64,000 nt of DNA from Eledone cirrhosa (taxonomy: Eukaryota), in assembly GCA_964016885.1 (NCBI GenBank), contig OZ024740.1:434992001-435056000 (forward strand), written 5' to 3'. Within the stretch, counting starts at the first letter, position 1. Each line of letters begins with the position of its first letter. Shown piece by piece: positions 35,601 through 53,600 of this stretch. The notes under the pieces were generated by a model. The model saw only the letters and a program-made list of their open reading frames with translations, searched no databases and was not told the DNA's origin. The translations under genes were made by a program, and so were the position numbers.

Positions 35601-38600
35601 ATATAACAATATAGACTATATACCTACACTAGTAGGTCAGATTATAACAATATAGACTATATATCTACACTAGTAGATCAGACTATATAACAATATAGAC
35701 TATATATCTACACTACTAGGTCAGACTATAACAATATATACTATATATCTAAACTAGTAGGTCAGTAATATAACAATATAGACTATATATCTACACTACT
35801 AGGTCAGACTATATAACAATATAGACTATATATCTACACTAGTAGATCAGACTATAACAATATAGACTGTATATTTACACTAGTAGGTCAGACTATAACA
35901 ATATAGACTATATATCTACACTAGTAGGTCAGACTATAACAATATAGTCTATATATCTCCACTAGTAGGTCAAACTATATAACAATATAGACTATATATC
36001 TACACTAGTAGATCAGACTATAACAATAAAGACTGTATATTTACACTAGTAGGTCAGTAATATAACAATATAGACTATATATCTACACTAGTAGGTGAGA
36101 CTATAACAATATAGACTATATATCTACACTAGTAGGTGAGACTATAACAATATAGACTATATATCTACACTAGTAGATCAGACTATATAACAATATAGAC
36201 TATATATCTACACTAGTAGATCAGACTATAACAATATAGACTATATATCTACACTAGTAGATCAGACTATAACAATATAGACTATATATCTACACTAGTA
36301 GGTCAGACTATAAGAATATAGACTATATATCTACACTAGTAGGTCAGACTATAACAATATAGACTATATATCTACACTAGTAGGTCAGACTATAACAATA
36401 TAGACTATATATCTACACTAGTAGGTCAGACTATATAACAATATAGACTATATATCTACACTAGTAGATCAGACTATATAACAATATAGACTATATATCT
36501 ACACTAGTAGGTCAGACTATATAACAATATAGACTATATATCTACACTAGTAGATCAGACTATATAACAATATAGACTATATATCTACACTAGTAGATCA
36601 GACTATATAACAATATAGACTATATATCTACACTAGTAGGTCAGACTATATAACAATATAGACTATATATCTACACTAGTAGGTCAGACTATATAACAAT
36701 ATAGACTATATATCTACACTAATAGATCAGACTATAACAATATAGTCTAAATATCTACACTAGTAGGTCAGACTATATAACAATATAGACTATATATCTA
36801 CACTAGTAGGTCAGACTATATAACAATATATTCTATATATCTACACTAGTAGATCAGACTATATAACAATATAGACTATATACCTACACTAGTAGGTCAG
36901 TAATATAACAATATAGATTATATATCTACACTAGTAGGTGAGACTATATAACAATATAGACTATATATCTACACTAGTAGGTCAGACTATATAACAATAT
37001 AGACTATATATCTACACTAGTAGGTCAGACTATATGACAATATAGACTATATATCTACACTAGTAGATCAGACTATAACAATATAGACTATATATCTACA
37101 CTAGTAGGTCAGTAATATAACAATATAGACTATATATCTACACTAGTAGATCAGACTATATAACAATATAGGCTATATATCTACACTAGTAGATCAGACT
37201 ATAACAATATAGATTATATATCTACACTAGTAGGTCAGACTATAACAATATAGACTATATATCTACACTAGTAGGTCATACTATATAACAATATAGACTA
37301 TATATCTACACTAATAGGTCAGACTATAACAATATGGACTATATATCTACACTAGTAGGTCAGACTATAACAATATAGACTATATATCTACACTAGTAGG
37401 TCAGACTATAACAATATAGACTATATATCTACACTAGTAGGTCAGACTATATAACAATATAGACTATATATCTACACTAGTAGATCAGACTATATAACAA
37501 TATAGACTATATATCTACAGTAGTAGGTCAGACTATATAACAATATAGACTATATATCTACACTAGTAGATCAGACTATATAACAATATAGACTATATAT
37601 CTACACTAGTAGATCAGACTATATAACAATATAGACTATATATCTACACTAGTAGGTCAGACTATAACAATATAGACTATATATCTACACTAGTAGGTCA
37701 GACTATATAACAATATAGACTATACATCTACACTAGTAGGTCAGACTATAACAATATAGACTATATATCTACACTAGTAGGTCAGACTATAACAATATAG
37801 ACTATATATCTACACTAGTAGGTCAGACTATAACAATATAGACTATATATCTACACTAGTAGGTCAGTAATATAACAATATAGACTATATATCTACACTA
37901 GTAGGTCAGTAATATAACAATATAGACTATATACCTACACTAGTAGGTCAGACTATAACAATATAGACTATATATATAGACTAGTAGATCAGACTATATA
38001 ACAATATAGTCTATATATCTACACTAGTAGGTCAGACTATATAACAATATAGACTATATATCTACACTAGTAGATCAGACTATATAACAATATAGACTGT
38101 ATATCTACACTAGTAGGTCAGACTATATAACAATATAAACAATATATCTACACTAGTAGATCAGACTATATAAGAATATAGACTATATATCTACACTAGT
38201 AGGTCAGACTATATAACAATATAGACTATATATCTACACTAGTAGATCAGACTATATAACAATATAGACTATATATCTACACTAGTAGGTCAGACTATAT
38301 AACAATATAGACTAAATATCTACACTAGTAGATCAGACTATATAACAATATAGACTATATATCTACACTAGTAGATCAGACTATAACAATATAGACTATA
38401 TATCTACACTAGTAGGTCAGACTATATAACAATATAGACTATATATCTACACTAGTAGATCAGACTATATAACAATATAGACTATATATCTACACTACTA
38501 GGTCAGACTATAACAATATATACTATATATCTAAACTAGTAGGTCAGTAATATAACAATATAGACTATATATCTACACTACTAGGTCAGACTATATAACA

Positions 38601-41600
38601 ATATAGACTATATATCTACACTAGTAGATCAGACTATAACAATATAGACTGTATATTTACACTAGTAGGTCAGACTATAACAATATAGACTATATATCTA
38701 CACTAGTAGGTCAGTAATGTAACAATATAGACTATATATCTACACTACTAGGTCAGACTATATAACAATATAGACTATATATCTACACTAGTAGATCAGA
38801 CTATAACAATATAGACTGTATATTTACACTAGTAGGTCAGACTATAACAATATAGACTATATATCTACACTAGTAGGTCAGACTATAACAATATAGTCTA
38901 TATATCTCCACTAGTAGGTCAAACTATATAACAATATAGACTATATATCTACACTAGTAGATCAGACTATAACAATAAAGACTGTATATTTACACTAGTA
39001 GGTCAGTAATATAACAATATAGACTATATATCTACACTAGTAGGTGAAACTATAACAATATAGACTATATATCTACACAAGTAGGTGAGACTATAACAAT
39101 ATAGACTATATATCTACACTAGTAGATCAGACTATATAACAATATAGACTATATATCTACACTAGTAGATCAGACTATAACAATATAGACTATATATCTA
39201 CACTAGTAGGTCAGTAATATAACAATATAGACTATATATCTACACTAGTAGATCAGACTATATAACAATATAGACTATATATCTACACTAGTAGATCAGA
39301 CTATAACAATATAGACTATATATCTACACTAGTAGGTCAGACTATAACAATATAGACTATATATCTACACTAGTAGGTCAGACTATAACAATATAGACTA
39401 TATATCTACACTAGTAGGTCATACTATATAACAATAAAGACTATATATCTACACTAGTAGGTCAGTAATATAACAATATAGACTATATATCTACACTAGT
39501 AGATCAGACTATATAACAATATAGACTATATATCTACACAAGTAGATCAGACTATAACAATATAGACTATATATCTACACTAGTAGGTCAGACTATAACA
39601 ATATAGACTATATATCTACACTAGTAGGTCAGACTATAACAATATAGACTATATATCTACACTAGTAGGTCAGACTATAACAATATAGACTATATATCTA
39701 CACTAGTAGGTCAGTAATATAACAATATAGACTATATATCTACACTAGTAGATCAGACTATATAACAATATAGACTATATATCTACACTAGTAGGTCAGA
39801 CTATAACAATATAGACTATATATCTACACTAGTAGGTCAGACTATAACAATATAGACTATATATCTACACTAGTAGGTCAGTAATATAACAATATAGACT
39901 ATATATCTACACTAGTAGATCATACTATATAACAATATAGACTATATATCTACACTAGTAGGTTAGACTATAACAATATAGACTATATATCTACACTAGT
40001 AGGTCATACTATATAACAATATAGACTATATACCTACACTAGTAGGTCGGACTATAACAATATAGACTATATCTACACTAGTAGGTCATACTATATAACA
40101 ATATAGACTATATATCTACACTAGTAGGTCAGACTATAACAATATAGACTATATATCTACACTAGTAGATCAGTAATATAACAATATAGACTATATATCT
40201 ACACTAGTAGGTCAGAATATAACAATATAGACTATATATCTACACTAGTAGGTCAGACCATATAACAATATAGACTATATATCTACACTAGTAGGTCAGA
40301 CTATATAACAATATAGACTATATATCTACACTAATAGGTCAGACTATAACAATATAGACTATATATCTACACTAGTAGATCAGACTATATAACAATATAG
40401 ACTATATATCTACACTAGTAGGTCAGACTATATAACAATATAGTCTATATATCTACACTAGTAGATCAAACTATATAACAATATAGACTATATACCTACA
40501 CTAGTAGGTCAGACTATAACAATATAGACTATATATCTAAACTAGTAGGTCAGTAATATAACAATATAGACTATATATCTACACTAGTAGGTCAGACTAT
40601 AACAATATAGACTATATATCTACACTAGGTCAGTAATATAACAATATAGACTATATATCTACACTAGTAGGTCAGACTATAACAATATAGACTATATATC
40701 TACACTAGTAGGTCAGACTATATAACAATATAGACTATATACCTACACTAGTAGGTCAGATTATAACAATATAGACTATATATCTACACTAGTAGATCAG
40801 ACTATATAACAATATAGACTATATATCTACACTACTAGGTCAGACTATAACAATATATACTATATATCTAAACTAGTAGGTCAGTAATATAACAATATAG
40901 ACTATATATCTACACTACTAGGTCAGACTATATAACAATATAGACTATATATCTACACTAGTAGATCAGACTATAACAATATAGACTGTATATTTACACT
41001 AGTAGGTCAGACTATAACAATATAGACTATATATCTACACTAGTAGGTCAGACTATAACAATATAGTCTATATATCTCCACTAGTAGGTCAAACTATATA
41101 ACAATATAGACTATATATCTACACTAGTAGATCAGACTATAACAATAAAGACTGTATATTTACACTAGTAGGTCAGTAATATAACAATATAGACTATATA
41201 TCTACACTAGTAGGTGAGACTATAACAATATAGACTATATATCTACACTAGTAGGTGAGACTATAACAATATAGACTATATATCTACACTAGTAGATCAG
41301 ACTATATAACAATATAGACTATATATCTACACTAGTAGATCAGACTATAACAATATAGACTATATATCTACACTAGTAGATCAGACTATAACAATATAGA
41401 CTATATATCTACACTAGTAGGTCAGACTATAAGAATATAGACTATATATCTACACTAGTAGGTCAGACTATAACAATATAGACTATATATCTACACTAGT
41501 AGGTCAGACTATAACAATATAGACTATATATCTACACTAGTAGGTCAGACTATATAACAATATAGACTATATATCTACACTAGTAGATCAGACTATATAA

Positions 41601-44600
41601 CAATATAGACTATATATCTACACTAGTAGGTCAGACTATATAACAATATAGACTATATATCTACACTAGTAGATCAGACTATATAACAATATAGACTATA
41701 TATCTACACTAGTAGATCAGACTATATAACAATATAGACTATATATCTACACTAGTAGGTCAGACTATATAACAATATAGACTATATATCTACACTAATA
41801 GATCAGACTATAACAATATAGTCTAAATATCTACACTAGTAGGTCAGACTATATAACAATATAGACTATATATCTACACTAGTAGATCAGACTATATAAC
41901 AATATAGACTATATATCTACAGTAGTAGGTCAGACTATATAACAATATAGACTATATATCTACACTAGTAGATCAGACTATATAACAATATAGACTATAT
42001 ATCTACACTAGTAGATCAGACTATATAACAATATAGACTATATATCTACACTAGTAGGTCAGACTATAACAATATAGACTATATATCTACACTAGTAGGT
42101 CAGACTATATAACAATATAGACTATACATCTACACTAGTAGGTCAGACTATAACAATATAGACTATATATCTACACTAGTAGGTCAGACTATAACAATAT
42201 AGACTATATATCTACACTAGTAGGTCAGACTATAACAATATAGACTATATATCTACACTAGTAGGTCAGTAATATAACAATATAGACTATATATCTACAC
42301 TAGTAGGTCAGTAATATAACAATATAGACTATATACCTACACTAGTAGGTCAGACTATAACAATATAGACTATATATATAGACTAGTAGATCAGACTATA
42401 TAACAATATAGTCTATATATCTACACTAGTAGGTCAGACTATATAACAATATAGACTATATATCTACACTAGTAGATCAGACTATATAACAATATAGACT
42501 GTATATCTACACTAGTAGGTCAGACTATATAACAATATAAACAATATATCTACACTAGTAGATCAGACTATATAAGAATATAGACTATATATCTACACTA
42601 GTAGGTCAGACTATATAACAATATAGACTATATATCTACACTAGTAGATCAGACTATATAACAATATAGACTATATATCTACACTAGTAGGTCAGACTAT
42701 ATAACAATATAGACTAAATATCTACACTAGTAGATCAGACTATATAACAATATAGACTATATATCTACACTAGTAGATCAGACTATAACAATATAGACTA
42801 TATATCTACACTAGTAGGTCAGACTATATAACAATATAGACTATATATCTACACTAGTAGATCAGACTATATAACAATATAGACTATATATCTACACTAC
42901 TAGGTCAGACTATAACAATATATACTATATATCTAAACTAGTAGGTCAGTAATATAACAATATAGACTATATATCTACACTACTAGGTCAGACTATATAA
43001 CAATATAGACTATATATCTACACTAGTAGATCAGACTATAACAATATAGACTGTATATTTACACTAGTAGGTCAGACTATAACAATATAGACTATATATC
43101 TACACTAGTAGGTCAGTAATGTAACAATATAGACTATATATCTACACTACTAGGTCAGACTATATAACAATATAGACTATATATCTACACTAGTAGATCA
43201 GACTATAACAATATAGACTGTATATTTACACTAGTAGGTCAGACTATAACAATATAGACTATATATCTACACTAGTAGGTCAGACTATAACAATATAGTC
43301 TATATATCTCCACTAGTAGGTCAAACTATATAACAATATAGACTATATATCTACACTAGTAGATCAGACTATAACAATAAAGACTGTATATTTACACTAG
43401 TAGGTCAGTAATATAACAATATAGACTATATATCTACACTAGTAGGTGAAACTATAACAATATAGACTATATATCTACACAAGTAGGTGAGACTATAACA
43501 ATATAGACTATATATCTACACTAGTAGATCAGACTATATAACAATATAGACTATATATCTACACTAGTAGATCAGACTATAACAATATAGACTATATATC
43601 TACACTAGTAGGTCAGTAATATAACAATATAGACTATATATCTACACTAGTAGATCAGACTATATAACAATATAGACTATATATCTACACTAGTAGATCA
43701 GACTATAACAATATAGACTATATATCTACACTAGTAGGTCAGACTATAACAATATAGACTATATATCTACACTAGTAGGTCAGACTATAACAATATAGAC
43801 TATATATCTACACTAGTAGGTCATACTATATAACAATAAAGACTATATATCTACACTAGTAGGTCAGTAATATAACAATATAGACTATATATCTACACTA
43901 GTAGATCAGACTATATAACAATATAGACTATATATCTACACAAGTAGATCAGACTATAACAATATAGACTATATATCTACACTAGTAGGTCAGACTATAA
44001 CAATATAGACTATATATCTACACTAGTAGGTCAGACTATAACAATATAGACTATATATCTACACTAGTAGGTCAGACTATAACAATATAGACTATATATC
44101 TACACTAGTAGGTCAGTAATATAACAATATAGACTATATATCTACACTAGTAGATCAGACTATATAACAATATAGACTATATATCTACACTAGTAGGTCA
44201 GACTATAACAATATAGACTATATATCTACACTAGTAGGTCAGACTATAACAATATAGTCTATATATCTACACTAGTAGGTCAGTAATATAACAATATAGA
44301 CTATATATCTACACTAGTAGATCATACTATATAACAATATAGACTATATATCTACACTAGTAGGTTAGACTATAACAATATAGACTATATATCTACACTA
44401 GTAGGTCATACTATATAACAATATAGACTATATACCTACACTAGTAGGTCGGACTATAACAATATAGACTATATCTACACTAGTAGGTCATACTATATAA
44501 CAATATAGACTATATATCTACACTAGTAGGTCAGACTATAACAATATAGACTATATATCTACACTAGTAGATCAGTAATATAACAATATAGACTATATAT

Positions 44601-47600
44601 CTACACTAGTAGGTCAGAATATAACAATATAGACTATATATCTACACTAGTAGGTCAGACCATATAACAATATAGACTATATATCTACACTAGTAGGTCA
44701 GACTATATAACAATATAGACTATATATCTACACTAATAGGTCAGACTATAACAATATAGACTATATATCTACACTAGTAGATCAGACTATATAACAATAT
44801 AGACTATATATCTACACTAGTAGGTCAGACTATATAACAATATAGTCTATATATCTACACTAGTAGATCAAACTATATAACAATATAGACTATATACCTA
44901 CACTAGTAGGTCAGACTATAACAATATAGACTATATATCTAAACTAGTAGGTCAGTAATATAACAATATAGACTATATATCTACACTAGTAGGTCAGACT
45001 ATAACAATATAGACTATATATCTACACTAGGTCAGTAATATAACAATATAGACTATATATCTACACTAGTAGGTCAGACTATAACAATATAGACTATATA
45101 TCTACACTAGTAGGTCAGACTATATAACAATATAGACTATATACCTACACTAGTAGGTCAGATTATAACAATATAGACTATATATCTACACTAGTAGATC
45201 AGACTATATAACAATATAGACTATATATCTACACTACTAGGTCAGACTATAACAATATATACTATATATCTAAACTAGTAGGTCAGTAATATAACAATAT
45301 AGACTATATATCTACACTACTAGGTCAGACTATATAACAATATAGACTATATATCTACACTAGTAGATCAGACTATAACAATATAGACTGTATATTTACA
45401 CTAGTAGGTCAGACTATAACAATATAGACTATATATCTACACTAGTAGGTCAGACTATAACAATATAGTCTATATATCTCCACTAGTAGGTCAAACTATA
45501 TAACAATATAGACTATATATCTACACTAGTAGATCAGACTATAACAATAAAGACTGTATATTTACACTAGTAGGTCAGTAATATAACAATATAGACTATA
45601 TATCTACACTAGTAGGTGAGACTATAACAATATAGACTATATATCTACACTAGTAGGTGAGACTATAACAATATAGACTATATATCTACACTAGTAGATC
45701 AGACTATATAACAATATAGACTATATATCTACACTAGTAGATCAGACTATAACAATATAGACTATATATCTACACTAGTAGATCAGACTATAACAATATA
45801 GACTATATATCTACACTAGTAGGTCAGACTATAAGAATATAGACTATATATCTACACTAGTAGGTCAGACTATAACAATATAGACTATATATCTACACTA
45901 GTAGGTCAGACTATAACAATATAGACTATATATCTACACTAGTAGGTCAGACTATATAACAATATAGACTATATATCTACACTAGTAGATCAGACTATAT
46001 AACAATATAGACTATATATCTACACTAGTAGGTCAGACTATATAACAATATAGACTATATATCTACACTAGTAGATCAGACTATATAACAATATAGACTA
46101 TATATCTACACTAGTAGATCAGACTATATAACAATATAGACTATATATCTACACTAGTAGGTCAGACTATATAACAATATAGACTATATATCTACACTAG
46201 TAGGTCAGACTATATAACAATATAGACTATATATCTACACTAATAGATCAGACTATAACAATATAGTCTAAATATCTACACTAGTAGGTCAGACTATATA
46301 ACAATATAGACTATATATCTACACTAGTAGGTCAGACTATATAACAATATATTCTATATATCTACACTAGTAGATCAGACTATATAACAATATAGACTAT
46401 ATACCTACACTAGTAGGTCAGTAATATAACAATATAGATTATATATCTACACTAGTAGGTGAGACTATATAACAATATAGACTATATATCTACACTAGTA
46501 GGTCAGACTATATAACAATATAGACTATATATCTACACTAGTAGGTCAGACTATAACAATATAGTCTATATATCTCCACTAGTAGGTCAAACTATATAAC
46601 AATATAGACTATATATCTACACTAGTAGATCAGACTATAACAATAAAGACTGTATATTTACACTAGTAGGTCAGTAATATAACAATATAGACTATATATC
46701 TACACTAGTAGGTGAAACTATAACAATATAGACTATATATCTACACAAGTAGGTGAGACTATAACAATATAGACTATATATCTACACTAGTAGATCAGAC
46801 TATATATCTACACTAGTAGATCAGACTATAACAATATAGACTATATATCTACACTAGTAGGTCAGTAATATAACAATATAGACTATATATCTACACTAGT
46901 AGATCAGACTATATAACAATATAGACTATATATCTACACTAGTAGATCAGACTATAACAATATAGACTATATATCTACACTAGTAGGTCAGACTATAACA
47001 ATATAGACTATATATCTACACTAGTAGGTCAGACTATAACAATATAGACTATATATCTACACTAGTAGGTCATACTATATAACAATAAAGACTATATATC
47101 TACACTAGTAGGTCAGTAATATAACAATATAGACTATATATCTACACTAGTAGATCAGACTATATAACAATATAGACTATATATCTACACAAGTAGATCA
47201 GACTATAACAATATAGACTATATATCTACACTAGTAGGTCAGACTATAACAATATAGACTATATATCTACACTAGTAGGTCAGACTATAACAATATAGAC
47301 TATATATCTACACTAGTAGGTCAGACTATAACAATATAGACTATATATCTACACTAGTAGGTCAGTAATATAACAATATAGACTATATATCTACACTAGT
47401 AGATCAGACTATATAACAATATAGACTATATATCTACACTAGTAGGTCAGACTATAACAATATAGACTATATATCTACACTAGTAGGTCAGACTATAACA
47501 ATATAGACTATATATCTACACTAGTAGGTCAGTAATATAACAATATAGACTATATATCTACACTAGTAGATCATACTATATAACAATATAGACTATATAT

Positions 47601-50600
47601 CTACACTAGTAGGTTAGACTATAACAATATAGACTATATATCTACACTAGTAGGTCATACTATATAACAATATAGACTATATACCTACACTAGTAGGTCG
47701 GACTATAACAATATAGACTATATCTACACTAGTAGGTCATACTATATAACAATATAGACTATATATCTACACTAGTAGGTCAGACTATAACAATATAGAC
47801 TATATATCTACACTAGTAGATCAGTAATATAACAATATAGACTATATATCTACACTAGTAGGTCAGAATATAACAATATAGACTATATATCTACACTAGT
47901 AGGTCAGACCATATAACAATATAGACTATATATCTACACTAGTAGGTCAGACTATATAACAATATAGACTATATATCTACACTAATAGGTCAGACTATAA
48001 CAATATAGACTATATATCTACACTAGTAGATCAGACTATATAACAATATAGACTATATATCTACACTAGTAGGTCAGACTATATAACAATATAGTCTATA
48101 TATCTACACTAGTAGATCAAACTATATAACAATATAGACTATATACCTACACTAGTAGGTCAGACTATAACAATATAGACTATATATCTAAACTAGTAGG
48201 TCAGTAATATAACAATATAGACTATATATCTACACTAGTAGGTCAGACTATAACAATATAGACTATATATCTACACTAGGTCAGTAATATAACAATATAG
48301 ACTATATATCTACACTAGTAGGTCAGACTATAACAATATAGACTATATATCTACACTAGTAGGTCAGACTATATAACAATATAGACTATATACCTACACT
48401 AGTAGGTCAGATTATAACAATATAGACTATATATCTACACTAGTAGATCAGACTATATAACAATATAGACTATATATCTACACTACTAGGTCAGACTATA
48501 ACAATATATACTATATATCTAAACTAGTAGGTCAGTAATATAACAATATAGACTATATATCTACACTACTAGGTCAGACTATATAACAATATAGACTATA
48601 TATCTACACTAGTAGATCAGACTATAACAATATAGACTGTATATTTACACTAGTAGGTCAGACTATAACAATATAGACTATATATCTACACTAGTAGGTC
48701 AGACTATAACAATATAGTCTATATATCTCCACTAGTAGGTCAAACTATATAACAATATAGACTATATATCTACACTAGTAGATCAGACTATAACAATAAA
48801 GACTGTATATTTACACTAGTAGGTCAGTAATATAACAATATAGACTATATATCTACACTAGTAGGTGAGACTATAACAATATAGACTATATATCTACACT
48901 AGTAGGTGAGACTATAACAATATAGACTATATATCTACACTAGTAGATCAGACTATATAACAATATAGACTATATATCTACACTAGTAGATCAGACTATA
49001 ACAATATAGACTATATATCTACACTAGTAGATCAGACTATAACAATATAGACTATATATCTACACTAGTAGGTCAGACTATAAGAATATAGACTATATAT
49101 CTACACTAGTAGGTCAGACTATAACAATATAGACTATATATCTACACTAGTAGGTCAGACTATAACAATATAGACTATATATCTACACTAGTAGGTCAGA
49201 CTATATAACAATATAGACTATATATCTACACTAGTAGATCAGACTATATAACAATATAGACTATATATCTACACTAGTAGGTCAGACTATATAACAATAT
49301 AGACTATATATCTACACTAGTAGATCAGACTATATAACAATATAGACTATATATCTACACTAGTAGATCAGACTATATAACAATATAGACTATATATCTA
49401 CACTAGTAGGTCAGACTATATAACAATATAGACTATATATCTACACTAGTAGGTCAGACTATATAACAATATAGACTATATATCTACACTAATAGATCAG
49501 ACTATAACAATATAGTCTAAATATCTACACTAGTAGGTCAGACTATATAACAATATAGACTATATATCTACACTAGTAGGTCAGACTATATAACAATATA
49601 TTCTATATATCTACACTAGTAGATCAGACTATATAACAATATAGACTATATACCTACACTAGTAGGTCAGTAATATAACAATATAGATTATATATCTACA
49701 CTAGTAGGTGAGACTATATAACAATATAGACTATATATCTACACTAGTAGGTCAGACTATATAACAATATAGACTATATATCTACACTAGTAGGTCAGAC
49801 TATATGACAATATAGACTATATATCTACACTAGTAGATCAGACTATAACAATATAGACTATATATCTACACTAGTAGGTCAGTAATATAACAATATAGAC
49901 TATATATCTACACTAGTAGATCAGACTATATAACAATATAGGCTATATATCTACACTAGTAGATCAGACTATAACAATATAGATTATATATCTACACTAG
50001 TAGGTCAGACTATAACAATATAGACTATATATCTACACTAGTAGGTCATACTATATAACAATATAGACTATATATCTACACTAATAGGTCAGACTATAAC
50101 AATATGGACTATATATCTACACTAGTAGGTCAGACTATAACAATATAGACTATATATCTACACTAGTAGGTCAGACTATAACAATATAGACTATATATCA
50201 ACAATAGTAGGTCAGACTATATAACAATATAGACTATATATCTACACTAGTAGATCAGACTATATAACAATATAGACTATATATCTACAGTAGTAGGTCA
50301 GACTATATAACAATATAGACTATATATCTACACTAGTAGATCAGACTATATAACAATATAGACTATATATCTACACTAGTAGATCAGACTATATAACAAT
50401 ATAGACTATATATCTACACTAGTAGGTCAGACTATAACAATATAGACTATATATCTACACTAGTAGGTCAGACTATATAACAATATAGACTATACATCTA
50501 CACTAGTAGGTCAGACTATAACAATATAGACTATATATCTACACTAGTAGGTCAGACTATAACAATATAGACTATATATCTACACTAGTAGGTCAGACTA

Positions 50601-53600
50601 TAACAATATAGACTATATATCTACACTAGTAGGTCAGTAATATAACAATATAGACTATATATCTACACTAGTAGGTCAGTAATATAACAATATAGACTAT
50701 ATACCTACACTAGTAGGTCAGACTATAACAATATAGACTATATATATAGACTAGTAGATCAGACTATATAACAATATAGTCTATATATCTACACTAGTAG
50801 GTCAGACTATATAACAATATAGACTATATATCTACACTAGTAGATCAGACTATATAACAATATAGACTGTATATCTACACTAGTAGGTCAGACTATATAA
50901 CAATATAAACAATATATCTACACTAGTAGATCAGACTATATAAGAATATAGACTATATATCTACACTAGTAGGTCAGACTATATAACAATATAGACTATA
51001 TATCTACACTAGTAGATCAGACTATATAACAATATAGACTATTTATCTACACTAGTAGGTCAGACTATATAACAATATAGACTAAATATCTACACTAGTA
51101 GATCAGACTATATAACAATATAGACTATATATCTACACTAGTAGATCAGACTATAACAATATAGACTATATATCTACACTAGTAGGTCAGACTATATAAC
51201 AATATAGACTAAATATCTACACTAGTAGATCAGACTATATAACAATATAGACTATATATCTACACTATTAGATCAGACTATAACAATATAGACTATATAT
51301 CTACACTAGTAGGTCAGACTATATAACAATATAGACTATATATCTACACTAGTAGATCAGACTATATAACAATATAGACTATATATCTACACTAGTAGAT
51401 CAGACTATATAACAATATAGACTGTATATCTACACTAGTAGGTCAGACTATATAACAATATAGACTATATATCTACACCAGTAGGTCAGACTATATAACA
51501 ATATAGACTATATATCTACACTAGTAGATCAGACTATAACAATATAGTCTATATATCTACACTAGTAGGTCAGACTATATAACAATATAGACTATATATC
51601 TACACTAGTAGATCAGACTATATAACAATGTAGACTATATATCTACACTAGTAGATCAGACTATATAACAATATAGACTATATATCTACACTAGTAGGTC
51701 AGTAATATAACAATATAGACTATATATCTACACTAGTAGGTCAGACTATAACAATATAGACTATATATCTACACTAGTAGGTCAGACTATAACAATATAG
51801 ACTATATATCTACACTAGTAGGTCAGACTATATAACAATATAGACTATATAACAATATAGTCTATATATCTACACTAGTAGATCAGACTATATAACAATA
51901 TAGACTATATACCTACACTAGTAGGTCAGACTATAACAATATAGACTATATATCTACACTAGTAGGTCAGACTATAACAATATAGACTATATATCTACAC
52001 TAGTAGGTCAGTAATATAACAATATAGACTATATATCTACACTAGTAGGTCAGACTATAACAATATAGACTATATATATACACTAGTAGATCAGACTATA
52101 TAACAATATAGTCTATATATCTACACTAGTAGGTCAGACTCTATAACAATATAGACTATATATCTACACTAGTAGGTCAGACTATAACAATATAGACTAT
52201 ATATCTACACTAGTAGGTCAGACTATAACAATATAGACTATATATCTACACTAGTAGGTCAGTAATATAACAATATAGACTATATATCTACACTAGTAGG
52301 TCAGACCATATAACAATATAGACTATATATCTACACTAGGAGGTCAGTAATATAACAATATAGTCTATATATATACACTAGTAGGTCAGACTATAAAAAT
52401 ATAGACTATATATCTACACTAGTAGGTCAGACTATAACAATATAGACTATATATCTACACTAGGAGATCAGTAATATAACAATATAGACTATATATCTAC
52501 ACTAGTAGATCAGACTATATAACAATATAGACTATATATCTACACTAGTAGATCAGACTATATAACAATATAGACTATATATCTACACTAGTAGATCAGA
52601 CAATAACAAAATAGACTATATATCTACACTAGTAGATCAGTAATAAAACAATATAGACTATATATCTACACTAGTAGGTCAGACTATATAACAATATAGA
52701 CTATATATCTACACTAGTAGGTCAGACTATATAACAATATAGTCTATATATCTACACTAGTAGGTCAGAATATATAACAATATAGACTATATATCTACAC
52801 TAGTAGGTCAGACTATAACAATATAGACTATATACCTACACTAGTAGGTCAGACTATAACAATATAGACTATATATCTACACTAGTAGGTCAGTAATATA
52901 ACAATATAGACTATATATCTACACTAGTAGGTCAGACTATAACAATATAGACTATATATCTACACTAGTAGGTCAGTAATATAACAATATAGACTATATA
53001 TCTACACTAGTAGGTCAGTAATATAACAATATAGACTATATATCTACACTAGTAGGTCAGACCATATAACAATATAGACTATATATCTACACTAGGAGGT
53101 CAGTAATATAACAATATAGTCTATATATCTACACTAGTAGGTCAGACTATATAACAATATAGTCTATATATCTACACTAGTAGGTCAGACTATAACAATA
53201 TAGACTATATATCTACACTAGGAGATCAGTAATATAACAATATAGACTATATATCTACACTAGTAGATCAGACTATATAACAATATAGACTATATATCTA
53301 CACTAGTAGATCAGACTATATAACAATATAGACTATATATCTACACTAGTAGGTCAGACTATATAACAATATAGTCTATATATCTACACTAGTAGGTCAG
53401 ACTATAACAATATAGACTATATATCTACACTAGTAGGTCAGACTATAACAATATAGACTATATATCTACACTAGTAGGTCAGACTATAACAATATAGACT
53501 ATATATCTACACTAGTAGGTCAGACTATAACAATATAGACTATATATCTACACTAGTAGGTCAGACTATAACAATATAGACTATATATCTACACTAGTAG

